Shown: in pieces, positions 46,878 through 57,842 of the stretch
Position numbering within the stretch: the stretch's first letter is position 1
Layout of the letters: the number at the start of each line of letters is the position of its first letter
Assembly (NCBI GenBank): GCA_934097015.1
Contig: CAKONF010000001.1
Span: forward strand, 65,082 to 129,081
Length of the DNA stretch: 64,000 bases
Reading direction: 5' to 3'
Origin: an uncultured Bacilli bacterium
Lineage (GTDB): Bacteria; Bacillota_I; Bacilli_A; RF39; UBA660
Notes under the pieces: generated by a model
Database searches by the model: none
What the model saw: only the letters and a program-made list of their open reading frames with translations
What the model was told of the DNA's origin: nothing
Translations under genes and position numbers: made by a program

Positions 46878-47762
46878 ATGACATTATTAATATTAGCTGC
46901 TGGAATGGGTAGCAGATTTGGTGGTTTAAAACAAATGGAGCCTATGGGTCCTAACGGAGAATTTATTATTGATTATTCAGTGTATGATGCTAAGAAGGCA
47001 GGATTTAATAAGATAGTATTTGTTATTAAAGAAGAAATGTATGAAGATTTTAAAAATACTATTGGTAAAAGAGTAGAAGATAAGATTGATGTAGAATATG
47101 TATTTCAAAAGATGGAAGATGTGCCAGTTAATATAGATTTTGAAAGAGTTAAACCTTGGGGAACTGGACATGCTATTTTGGAATGTAAAAATGCTATTAA
47201 TGAGCCTTTTGCAATTATAAATGCTGATGATTTTTATGGAAGAAATTCATTTGTTAAAGCTTATCAATTCTTGAGTGATGGAATTAGTGATAAAAAATTT
47301 GGTTTGATTGGTTATAGAGCATGTAATACTATAACAGAGAATGGTAGTGTTAAACGTGGTGTTTGTGAAATTGAAGACGGTGTACTTATTGGTATAAATG
47401 AGAGTAGTATAGAAAAAGTTGATGAACATATACATTGTAAGTCTCTAGTAAATGGTGAAGAATATGATGTAGAACTTAATAGATTAGTTAGTATGAATAT
47501 GTTATTGTTTACTCCTAAAATATTTAATTATTTAGAGAATGATTTTGTTAGTTTCTTAAATAATATTAAAGATAAAGAAAAAGACGAATTTTTAATTCCT
47601 GAAGTGGTTGATTTACATATCAAGTCTGGTGATATAAGTGTTAAAGTTATTGAAACAGATAGTGTTTGGTATGGAGTTACTTATAAAGAAGATAAAGATA
47701 GTGTTAAAAATGCAATAAATAATTTAATTAATAATGGTGAATATAGTAAGAATTTATGGTGA
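46878..47762 (+). CDS. Sugar-phosphate nucleotidyltransferase family protein
   Basis: The N-terminal 'LILAAGMGSRFGGLKQ' is the G-x-G-x-R nucleotide-binding signature of NTP_transferase enzymes. Confidence 0.6.
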   Translation: MTLLILAAGMGSRFGGLKQMEPMGPNGEFIIDYSVYDAKKAGFNKIVFVIKEEMYEDFKNTIGKRVEDKIDVEYVFQKMEDVPVNIDFERVKPWGTGHAILECKNAINEPFAIINADDFYGRNSFVKAYQFLSDGISDKKFGLIGYRACNTITENGSVKRGVCEIEDGVLIGINESSIEKVDEHIHCKSLVNGEEYDVELNRLVSMNMLLFTPKIFNYLENDFVSFLNNIKDKEKDEFLIPEVVDLHIKSGDISVKVIETDSVWYGVTYKEDKDSVKNAINNLINNGEYSKNLW

Positions 47763-47765
47763 TAA

Positions 47766-49748
<1,983 letters not shown>

Positions 49749-49845
49749 ATTTGCTTTTGTGAATCTATTTTAATTTGTCTAAGAAATGTTATAATTGAAT
49801 AAACATTAATTATATTGTATAATTATTTTATTAAAGAGGTGGATT

Positions 49846-50319
49846 ATGAAAAAATTTAAAGAATTTTATAAAAGAAATAGAGTATATTCTATTTTAATGA
49901 TTGTATCTTTAGTTTGTATTGTATCCATATTAGTTGGTGTTATTGTTTATTTTGTAGGTCAAACAACTAGAGACAAATATGGTAATAGATTAGAAGGTAT
50001 TGATAATGTAAAAATTAGTGATACTAAAAAAAATGAAGTGATAAATAAAATAAAAGAAAATGAATTGGTGGACAGTGCTGATATTGATATTAAAGGTAAA
50101 TTGATTTATGTTAATATTACTTTAAAAACTGGAAAACATACTGATAGTGAAGCAATATGTCAAACTTCATTAGAAGCATTTAGTGAAGATGAAAAGAAAT
50201 TTTATGATATTCAATATATAGTATCTAATAAAGATAATAATATAGAAGAAAATTTTCCAGTTATGGGCTATATTAAAGCAGGCAATTCTGTTATAAAATG
50301 GACTAATTATGTTCAATAG
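49846..50319 (+). CDS. Membrane-anchored hypothetical protein
   Basis: N-terminal TM 'ILMIVSLVCIVSILVGVIVYF'. Confidence 0.45.
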   Translation: MKKFKEFYKRNRVYSILMIVSLVCIVSILVGVIVYFVGQTTRDKYGNRLEGIDNVKISDTKKNEVINKIKENELVDSADIDIKGKLIYVNITLKTGKHTDSEAICQTSLEAFSEDEKKFYDIQYIVSNKDNNIEENFPVMGYIKAGNSVIKWTNYVQ

Positions 50320-50327
50320 GTGATGTT

Positions 50328-52358
50328 ATGAAAAAATTTAAAAAAATTATTATTATTTCTGTTATTGCTTTGTTATTTATATCTGGTATAGTTTTTGGTA
50401 TTTATAAAATATTTAAAGATGAAAATAGTTTAACTATAAGTGAAAAAACATGGATAAGTAATAATAAGAATAGTGTTTATACAATTAATGTTTTAAATGA
50501 TGTTAATGTTTTTGGAAAAAGTGGTAATGGAGTATTTTTTGATTTTGTTAATGATTTAGATGAAGAATTAGATTTAAAATTAAATAGTACTGTTTATTCA
50601 ATAGATAATAAAAATGATTCTTTTGGATTTAATGTTAGTACAAATTATGATAAACGAGATTTATTAATATATACTGATTACTATGTATTATTAAGTTTAG
50701 ATGATAATACAATTTATGATATTAAAGATATTAAAGAACAAAATGTTGGAGTTAATAGTTCTGATTTAAGTTATATAAGTAATTATTATAACATAAGTGG
50801 AACAATAAAATCATATGAAAATATGGATACTTTATTTCAAGAATTTAATGAAAATAAAGTTTCTTATATAATTGTTCCTTTAAATCAATATAAAGATAAA
50901 ATTATTAATAAAGGATATAATGTTTGTTATTTCTTTAATGATGCTAAAATTTATTATTATTTACATTTAGGTGGAGATGATACATTAAATTCCATTGTTA
51001 AAAAGTATTATAATAAGTGGATTGATAATAATTATTTAGATAGCTATAATGAAAACAATTATAAATTATTTATAGAAAGCTTAAATATTAGTGATGCTGA
51101 AGAAGATAAATTAACAGATAAAAATTATAAATTTGATTTTTTGGTTTATCAACCTTATCAATTATTATCTAAAGGAAAATTAACTGGTATAGTAAATGAG
51201 TATTTAAAATCATTTAATGAATTTAGTGATATTGATTTTGATTATAATAGAGTTAGAAAATATAAAGACTTAAAATTTGATATAGATAAAAATAAAATAG
51301 ATTTATTCTTTAATCAAAATGCTTATACTGGAAAATATAGTAAAATTAATACTAATTTATTAATTAATTATTATTTAATTAGTGATAGGAAATTAGGCAT
51401 AAATTTAGATTCTTTGAAATCTTATAATGGTGAAATATATGTTTTAGAAAATTCTAATTTGTATCAATATCTTAGTCAATATAATAATATTATTACTAAA
51501 ACATATAAAAAATCTGGTGATGTTAAAAGATTAATAAAAAAGGGTAATTTAGTTTTAGTTGATAAATATTATTATGATAGCTATTTAGTTGATAGTTTAA
51601 ATAATATTGATATTATTTTAGAAGATGTTGCTAAAGACCAAACTTATAGTTTTTATTATAAAAATAATAGTGATGTTTTTTATAGATTATTTAAGAATTA
51701 TGTAAATACTTTAAATCCTAATATAATTATTGATAGTGGATTAAATGAGTATTATAAAACTTATGAGACTGGTAGTAGAACAGTTAAACTTGCAAAATAT
51801 ATTATTTTGTTAGTTGTAGTTATTATTATTGGAATAATAATTTTGATTAGAAATAAGAAGAAGATAGTTTTAAATACAAAAATAAAAAATAATGAAAAAA
51901 TTAGATATGTAGATATGCTTACTAGTTTGAAAAATAGAAATTATTTAAATGATAGACTTGATATATGGAATCAAAATACTGTTTATCCACAATGTGTTAT
52001 AGTTATTGATTTAAATAATATTAAGTATTTAAATGATACTTTTGGACATGAAGAAGGAGATAAACAAATTAAGGCTGCTGCTAATGCGTTATTTAAAACT
52101 CAACTTGAAAATACTGAATTGTTACGTACTGATGGTAATGAATTTATGATATATATGGTTGGATATACTGAAAAACAAATTGTTAATTATATTAAAAAAT
52201 TAATTAAGGAATTTAAAAAGTTACCTTATGAATATGGTGTTGCAATTGGTTTTAGTATGATAAATGATGATTTAAAATTGGTTGAAGATGCTTTTAATGA
52301 GGCAACTATACAAATGAGAAAAAATAAGAGCGCTTTTGAGGATAATGATGATAAATAA
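50328..52358 (+). CDS. Membrane protein with a periplasmic sensor-like domain and a C-terminal degenerate GGDEF domain
   Basis: Signal-anchor TM, an about 450-aa extracytoplasmic region, a second TM, then 'LTSLKNRNYLNDRL...IDLNNIKYLNDTFGHEEGDKQI...RTDGNEFMIY'. The GGDEF motif reads DGNEF. Confidence 0.6.
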   Translation: MKKFKKIIIISVIALLFISGIVFGIYKIFKDENSLTISEKTWISNNKNSVYTINVLNDVNVFGKSGNGVFFDFVNDLDEELDLKLNSTVYSIDNKNDSFGFNVSTNYDKRDLLIYTDYYVLLSLDDNTIYDIKDIKEQNVGVNSSDLSYISNYYNISGTIKSYENMDTLFQEFNENKVSYIIVPLNQYKDKIINKGYNVCYFFNDAKIYYYLHLGGDDTLNSIVKKYYNKWIDNNYLDSYNENNYKLFIESLNISDAEEDKLTDKNYKFDFLVYQPYQLLSKGKLTGIVNEYLKSFNEFSDIDFDYNRVRKYKDLKFDIDKNKIDLFFNQNAYTGKYSKINTNLLINYYLISDRKLGINLDSLKSYNGEIYVLENSNLYQYLSQYNNIITKTYKKSGDVKRLIKKGNLVLVDKYYYDSYLVDSLNNIDIILEDVAKDQTYSFYYKNNSDVFYRLFKNYVNTLNPNIIIDSGLNEYYKTYETGSRTVKLAKYIILLVVVIIIGIIILIRNKKKIVLNTKIKNNEKIRYVDMLTSLKNRNYLNDRLDIWNQNTVYPQCVIVIDLNNIKYLNDTFGHEEGDKQIKAAANALFKTQLENTELLRTDGNEFMIYMVGYTEKQIVNYIKKLIKEFKKLPYEYGVAIGFSMINDDLKLVEDAFNEATIQMRKNKSAFEDNDDK

Positions 52359-53229
52359 AATATTAGATTTGTTAGCTAAAATATTTAATAAAAACAGGAA
52401 ATATTTTAAAGACTTTTTTAGTAAAGTATGGGAAATAATGTTTAAACCTGAAATGTGTTTTTTACCAGGACATCTTGCATTTTCTGTCATACTTAGTGTT
52501 GTTCCAATTTTATCTATTGTGACTGCTATTGCTAGTTCTTTTGGTTTAACAGTTGAAGATTTAAGCTCGTTTTTAAATAGAATATTTAGTAGTATTAATT
52601 TTGAAGTAATAGTTCCTAATATTATGGGACAAGAAATTAGCTTAAAATATATTAGTGTTATTTGTATTTTATTCTTTATAGCCGCTAATGGTGCAAGTAG
52701 TATTATAGTGGCAAGTGATCAGATATATGGTATTAAACAAACAGATTATTTTAGAAGAAGAATGAAAGCAATTGTAATGACTATGCTTCTTTGTATATTA
52801 TATATATTTGTGTTGTTAGTTCCACTTTTAGGTAATAAAATTATTTCTAGTTTTGATTATTTCAATTTTAAAAATATAATTGATCCTATTTTAACTATTA
52901 TTAGAGGACCAATAACTTGGTTTATTATATATTTCTTTGTAAAATCAATATACGTTATTGCTCCTGATAAAGAAGTTGATACTAGAGGTATGAATTTGGG
53001 AGCAATATTTACGACTGTGTTTTGGTTAATTGCAACTTATTTATATAGTGGATGGATTAATAATTTTACTGCTTATGATAAATATTATGGTAGTTTAAGT
53101 GGGCTTGCAATTTTGATGTTATGGATATATTGGCTATGTTATATATTTGTGATTGGATTATGTTTAAACGTTAAAGTTGAAAATCATGAAATGGAAAAAA
53201 CTGGTATTATAAAAGAAGTAAAAAAGTAG
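52336..53229 (+). CDS. YihY/BrkB-family membrane protein
   Basis: Multi-TM with the 'GHLAFSVILSVVPILSIV' start typical of YihY (ribonuclease BN-like) proteins. Confidence 0.55.
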   Translation: MRIMMINKILDLLAKIFNKNRKYFKDFFSKVWEIMFKPEMCFLPGHLAFSVILSVVPILSIVTAIASSFGLTVEDLSSFLNRIFSSINFEVIVPNIMGQEISLKYISVICILFFIAANGASSIIVASDQIYGIKQTDYFRRRMKAIVMTMLLCILYIFVLLVPLLGNKIISSFDYFNFKNIIDPILTIIRGPITWFIIYFFVKSIYVIAPDKEVDTRGMNLGAIFTTVFWLIATYLYSGWINNFTAYDKYYGSLSGLAILMLWIYWLCYIFVIGLCLNVKVENHEMEKTGIIKEVKK

Positions 53230-53357
53230 ATACTAAAAATGTACTCACGAGTATTATTTGAGTACCGATTGTTTACGATATTAAATTAATTTGATGTTTT
53301 AAATTAAAAAATATTGTAGAATAATATTCAAGGGATACATTCTAGTTAATGTGTTTC

Positions 53358-53374
53358 TTTTTTTTTTTTTTTTT
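53358..53374 (+). repeat. T17 homopolymer in the intergenic region upstream of the ORF6N gene
   Basis: 'gtgtttcTTTTTTTTTTTTTTTTTacaaa'. Confidence 0.9.
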
Positions 53375-53513
53375 ACAAATTTCAATAATTTATAGTGTAT
53401 GTAATTTTGTATTGATAAAGTATATAATGGATGATATAATAAATTTTAAAAGAAAATAATATGCAGTTATGAATACAGATATTTTAAGTTTGTAAATTTT
53501 AGGAGGGTTTTGA

Positions 53514-54725
53514 ATGGATATAAAAGATAAAATATATGAAATACGTGGTATAAAAATAATGTTAGATAGAGATTTGGCAGGTTTGATTGGCTATGAAACA
53601 CGAGTTTTAAATCAAATTATGAAAAGAAATTTATATAAATTTAATATGGAAGATTATTTTCAATTGTCATCTTTTGAATTTAATAATTGGAAATCACAAA
53701 TTGTGACTTCCAAAGAAGATAAAATAGGTCTTAGAAAACTTCCATATGCGTTTACAAAAAATGGAATTAAAGTGTTAAGTACTATTTTAAAAAAAGAAAA
53801 TTCTTTAAAAATTATTAATAAAATATTAGAAAATTTTGAAGATAAAAATGAATTGATTTTATCTGGCAAAACTTCTTTAAACTCCCTAAATATGGGAGAT
53901 TATATACAAAATAAGATATATGAAATTAGAGGACAACTTGTAATGTTTGATAGTGATTTGGCAAGAATTTATGAATGTACAAATGGAACAAAAACAATAA
54001 ATTTAGCAGTTAAAAGACATGCAAATAAATTTCCAGAAAGGTTTATGTTTCAATTAACGGAAAGTGAATATTATAGTTTGCGGTTTCAATTTGAAACCGC
54101 AAATACAAAAACTAGAAGTCTTCCATATGTTTTTACTGAACAAGGTGTTGCAATGCTTGCAACAGTATTAAGAACTAATGTTGCAGATGAGATAAGTGTA
54201 AAAATAATGGATGCATTTGTAAAAATGAGAAGATATATTTCTAATTCATTAATAGAACAAAAATACATTAATGAATTAGTATTAAAAGATAATAAAAGAA
54301 TAGAACTATTAGAAGAAACTTTTAATCAACTAGAAGTTAAGAAAGAACATTTATTCTTTGAAGGTCAGATATACGATGCTTATTCATTATTAATTAAAAT
54401 ATTAAGTGTTGCAAAAGAAGAAATAATTATAATAGATAATTATGCTGGCAGAGAACTATTTGATATATTAAGAGATGTAGAATGTAATATAAAAGTAATA
54501 ACAAAAAATATAAGTGAAGAATTAATAAAAAAATATAATAAACAATATAACAATGTTAGTGTAATAAAAAATGATGTATTTCATGATAGATTTATAATAA
54601 TAGATAAAAAAATATTATATCATTCAGGGTCAAGTTTTAAAGACTTAGGTAAAAAGTGTTTTGCAATAAATAAAATTCAAGGTAAAGATTTTTTAGAACT
54701 TTTGTTAAACAAAGTAAAGTTATAA
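53514..54725 (+). CDS. Protein with two tandem ORF6N (KilA-N-related) domains
   Basis: 'IYEIRGIKIMLDRDLAGLIGYETRVLNQIMKRN' and 'IYEIRGQLVMFDSDLARIYECTNGTKTINLAVKRHANKFPERFMFQLTESE'. Confidence 0.6.
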   Translation: MDIKDKIYEIRGIKIMLDRDLAGLIGYETRVLNQIMKRNLYKFNMEDYFQLSSFEFNNWKSQIVTSKEDKIGLRKLPYAFTKNGIKVLSTILKKENSLKIINKILENFEDKNELILSGKTSLNSLNMGDYIQNKIYEIRGQLVMFDSDLARIYECTNGTKTINLAVKRHANKFPERFMFQLTESEYYSLRFQFETANTKTRSLPYVFTEQGVAMLATVLRTNVADEISVKIMDAFVKMRRYISNSLIEQKYINELVLKDNKRIELLEETFNQLEVKKEHLFFEGQIYDAYSLLIKILSVAKEEIIIIDNYAGRELFDILRDVECNIKVITKNISEELIKKYNKQYNNVSVIKNDVFHDRFIIIDKKILYHSGSSFKDLGKKCFAINKIQGKDFLELLLNKVKL

Positions 54726-54788
54726 CGTGTAAATGGACATTGTCTATTTTTTTTGATAAAATTTAATTAGTTAGGGTGTGATGGTATT

Positions 54789-55532
54789 ATGGATATTAGT
54801 ATTAAGCATTTAGATATAAATATAAAATCTGGAGAACTTGTTGGTATTATAGGTACTAACGGGTGTGGGAAAACTATACTTTTAAAAATGATATGTGGAA
54901 AATTTAAGAATAATAGTATACTTATTAATGAAAAAAATATTAATAATTATAGTTTAGAATATAAAAAAAATAATATAGTTTGCGTATTTGATGATAATAT
55001 TTATAATACGGATAATCCTTTGAAAGAATTAAGATATTACTTAAATAAAATAAATATTAATACAGAAGAAATTGATAATAGAATAAGAGATTTTATAGAT
55101 TATTTTGTATTAGAAAATATTATAAATAAAAAGTTTATAGAACTAAATACTGAATCTAGAGTATATATTAAAATATTATCATTATTAATAATAAGTCCTT
55201 CTCTTATTTGTATAGATGATTTATTAACGTATTTAGATTTAGATAAAAAAACAAAAATATTAAATTATATAAAAGAAAAAAATATTACCTTAATTAATGT
55301 TAGTAGTGATATGGAAGAATTACTTTATATGGATAAAATTCTTATTATGAATAAGGGCAAGAAAGAAATATATGATAAAACTGATATAGTTTTAAGTAAA
55401 GAAGATATATTTAAAGAGTTAGGATTATCACTACCATTTATTTATGACATAAATAATTTGTTAAAGAGCTACGAGTTAATAAATGAAAATCATATAGTTA
55501 TAAAAGAATTGGTGGATTTATTATGGAAATAA
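54789..55532 (+). CDS. Degenerate ABC ATPase (EcfA1-like)
   Basis: Walker A 'GTNGCGKT' is present. There is no LSGGQ signature, and Walker B 'ICIDD' lacks the catalytic Glu. Confidence 0.5.
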   Translation: MDISIKHLDINIKSGELVGIIGTNGCGKTILLKMICGKFKNNSILINEKNINNYSLEYKKNNIVCVFDDNIYNTDNPLKELRYYLNKININTEEIDNRIRDFIDYFVLENIINKKFIELNTESRVYIKILSLLIISPSLICIDDLLTYLDLDKKTKILNYIKEKNITLINVSSDMEELLYMDKILIMNKGKKEIYDKTDIVLSKEDIFKELGLSLPFIYDINNLLKSYELINENHIVIKELVDLLWK

Positions 55533-56155
55533 TGTATAGTAATAAAAATAATGATATATTTAAAAATAATACTATTACTGGTGTTTATGGTGATAAATTA
55601 GATTTAATAAATAAAGGTTGTGAATTTTACGGAATAGAATATGATGATGAATGGACTGTAAAAAGATTTCTTAATGGATATAAATTAAAGATAGATAATA
55701 ATATATTAGAATTATTTAGTGAATTAGAAGTTAGTTATAGTTTGCTTAAAAGAAAAATAAAAGAATTAAGTAAAGGACAATTTAAGTTAGTATTGTTAAT
55801 ATATACAATATTAAATAAAAAAACGATTGTTATTTTAGATTATTTTGATAAAGGTTTATCTTACAAATATAAAAAAAGAGTAATTAATTATTTAAAGAGT
55901 AAATATAATGGAAGTTTAGTTGTTATTAGTAATGATTTAGTATTTTTAAATAATTTATGCAGTAAATTAATTGTATTTGATAATGGTGAAATAGTATTTA
56001 ATGATGAGTTAAAAAAAATATATAATAGTGATATAAAAATAGATTATCCTGCAATTATTAAATTTATTAAAATTGCAAATGAAAATAATGCAAAATTATC
56101 TTATACTGTTGATAATAAGGAATTATTAAAGGATATATATAGGAGTGTAAGATGA
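55523..56155 (+). CDS. Degenerate ABC ATPase (EcfA2-like)
   Basis: Signature-like 'LSKGQ' is present. There is no Walker A, and the Walker-B-like motif is 'IVILDYFD'. It overlaps the upstream gene and ends at the truA start. Confidence 0.45.
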   Translation: MEIMYSNKNNDIFKNNTITGVYGDKLDLINKGCEFYGIEYDDEWTVKRFLNGYKLKIDNNILELFSELEVSYSLLKRKIKELSKGQFKLVLLIYTILNKKTIVILDYFDKGLSYKYKKRVINYLKSKYNGSLVVISNDLVFLNNLCSKLIVFDNGEIVFNDELKKIYNSDIKIDYPAIIKFIKIANENNAKLSYTVDNKELLKDIYRSVR

Positions 56156-56874
56156 AGTATTTAATTACAGTTAGTTATGATGGTAGCAAATACTATGGAT
56201 TTCAAAGATTAAATGATTTACCTAGTATACAAAAAGAATTGGAAGATGCATTAAGTGTTATAAATAAAGATAAAGTAGAAGTAAAAGGTAGTGGTAGAAC
56301 AGATAGAGGTGTTCATGCTTTAGGACAAAGATGTCATTTTGAACTTAAATATGATATACCATGTGATAGACTTATTAATGCTATAAATAGTTTGTTAAGT
56401 AATTATGTTAGGGTAATTGATTGTATTAAAATTGATGATGATTTTCATGCTAGATTTAATGTTAAAAGAAAAAAGTATAAATATATAATTAATATGGGAA
56501 AATATGATGTTATTAAAGAAGATTATTTATATAATTATTGTAAAAAGTTAGATATTAAGAGTATGAAGAGAGCTAGTAAATATTTAATTGGTAAACATTC
56601 TTATAAGGTTTTTGTTAGTGGTGAAAGAGAAAATTATAATAGTGAAATATTTAATATTAATTTTAATAGAGATAAAGATATTTTAACAATAGAATTTACT
56701 GGTAAAAGTTTTTATAGATATATGGTTAGGAATATGGTTGGTGCTTTAATCTTAGTTGGATGTGGTAAAATAAGTGTAGAGGAATTTAGAAATATGATAG
56801 ATAATGAAAATAAAGAATATAGTTATTTAACCGTACCTGCAAATGGTTTATATTTAGAAAGTGTGGAATATTAA
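56152..56874 (+). CDS. truA: tRNA pseudouridine(38-40) synthase TruA
   Basis: 'YLITVSYDGSKYYGFQRL...GSGRTDRGVHALGQ' contains the catalytic Asp motif. Confidence 0.85.
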   Translation: MKYLITVSYDGSKYYGFQRLNDLPSIQKELEDALSVINKDKVEVKGSGRTDRGVHALGQRCHFELKYDIPCDRLINAINSLLSNYVRVIDCIKIDDDFHARFNVKRKKYKYIINMGKYDVIKEDYLYNYCKKLDIKSMKRASKYLIGKHSYKVFVSGERENYNSEIFNINFNRDKDILTIEFTGKSFYRYMVRNMVGALILVGCGKISVEEFRNMIDNENKEYSYLTVPANGLYLESVEY

Positions 56875-57245
56875 TGAATAAAAAAGGATTTACTTTAATT
56901 GAATTAATAACTGTTATAGCATTATTAAGTATTGTTGGAATAATTACTTTACCTAAAATAAATAAAGCTTTTAAAAGTTCTAGAGCAGATCAATTAGAAG
57001 AAGTAAGAGAAAACATAGTTAAAAGTACAGAAGTATACTTAAATAGTAGTTGTGGTAAAGATAATTATAATAAATTAATAAATGATGATAGTATAAGAAT
57101 ATATTTAAGTAGTATTAAAGATTGTGGATTAATTGATAATAAAATATATAATCCTGTTAGTGGTGACTATTTTAATATTGATAATGAATATGTTGATGTT
57201 AAAATAGATGAAGTTGGTATATTAGATTATAAATTAAGTTTTTAG
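56874..57245 (+). CDS. Type IV pilin-like protein (ComGC-like prepilin)
   Basis: 'MNKKGFTLIELITVIALLSIVGIIT' is the class III signal with a G/FTLIE cleavage-methylation motif. Confidence 0.75.
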   Translation: MNKKGFTLIELITVIALLSIVGIITLPKINKAFKSSRADQLEEVRENIVKSTEVYLNSSCGKDNYNKLINDDSIRIYLSSIKDCGLIDNKIYNPVSGDYFNIDNEYVDVKIDEVGILDYKLSF

Positions 57246-57287
57246 TATAAAATAGATATTATTTTTCATAATAATAATGGTGATATT

Positions 57288-57725
57288 ATGAATGAAAATA
57301 AAGAATTCTTAACTTATTTATATCAAGATAGTGATATGGCTTTAAATAATTTAACTTTGTTGATTAAGAAAATTAATAAGAAAGATAATAAAATTAAAAG
57401 AGTAATAGAAGATATTATTAAAGGATATGAAGAATACTTAAAAAAGATTAAGAAGTATATGAAAGATAATAAATATAGTATTGAAGGAAAAACTTTAATT
57501 AGTAAAATGGGTGCATATTTAGGAATAAATATGGAAATTATGAAAGATAATAGTGATAGTCGTATTGCTGATATGTTGATACAAGGTATGACTATGGGAG
57601 TACTTAGTGTTAGTAAGAAAATAGATAATTACAAAGATAGAATTGATAAAGAATTAATTAAATTAGGAGAAGAATTTAAAGAATATCAACAAAAAAGTAT
57701 TGATAAATTGAAAGTATATTTATAA
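57288..57725 (+). CDS. Hypothetical helical protein
   Basis: 145 aa with a good RBS. Confidence 0.45.
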   Translation: MNENKEFLTYLYQDSDMALNNLTLLIKKINKKDNKIKRVIEDIIKGYEEYLKKIKKYMKDNKYSIEGKTLISKMGAYLGINMEIMKDNSDSRIADMLIQGMTMGVLSVSKKIDNYKDRIDKELIKLGEEFKEYQQKSIDKLKVYL

Positions 57726-57842
57726 ATATTCGTTATCGAATAAGATGTCTTAAAAGTGATTGAAATATATCATTTTTTATTTTATAATTTTATTAGAGTA
57801 GTAGCCTACTTAAAAATAATATATGATAGGAGAGAGTCAATT

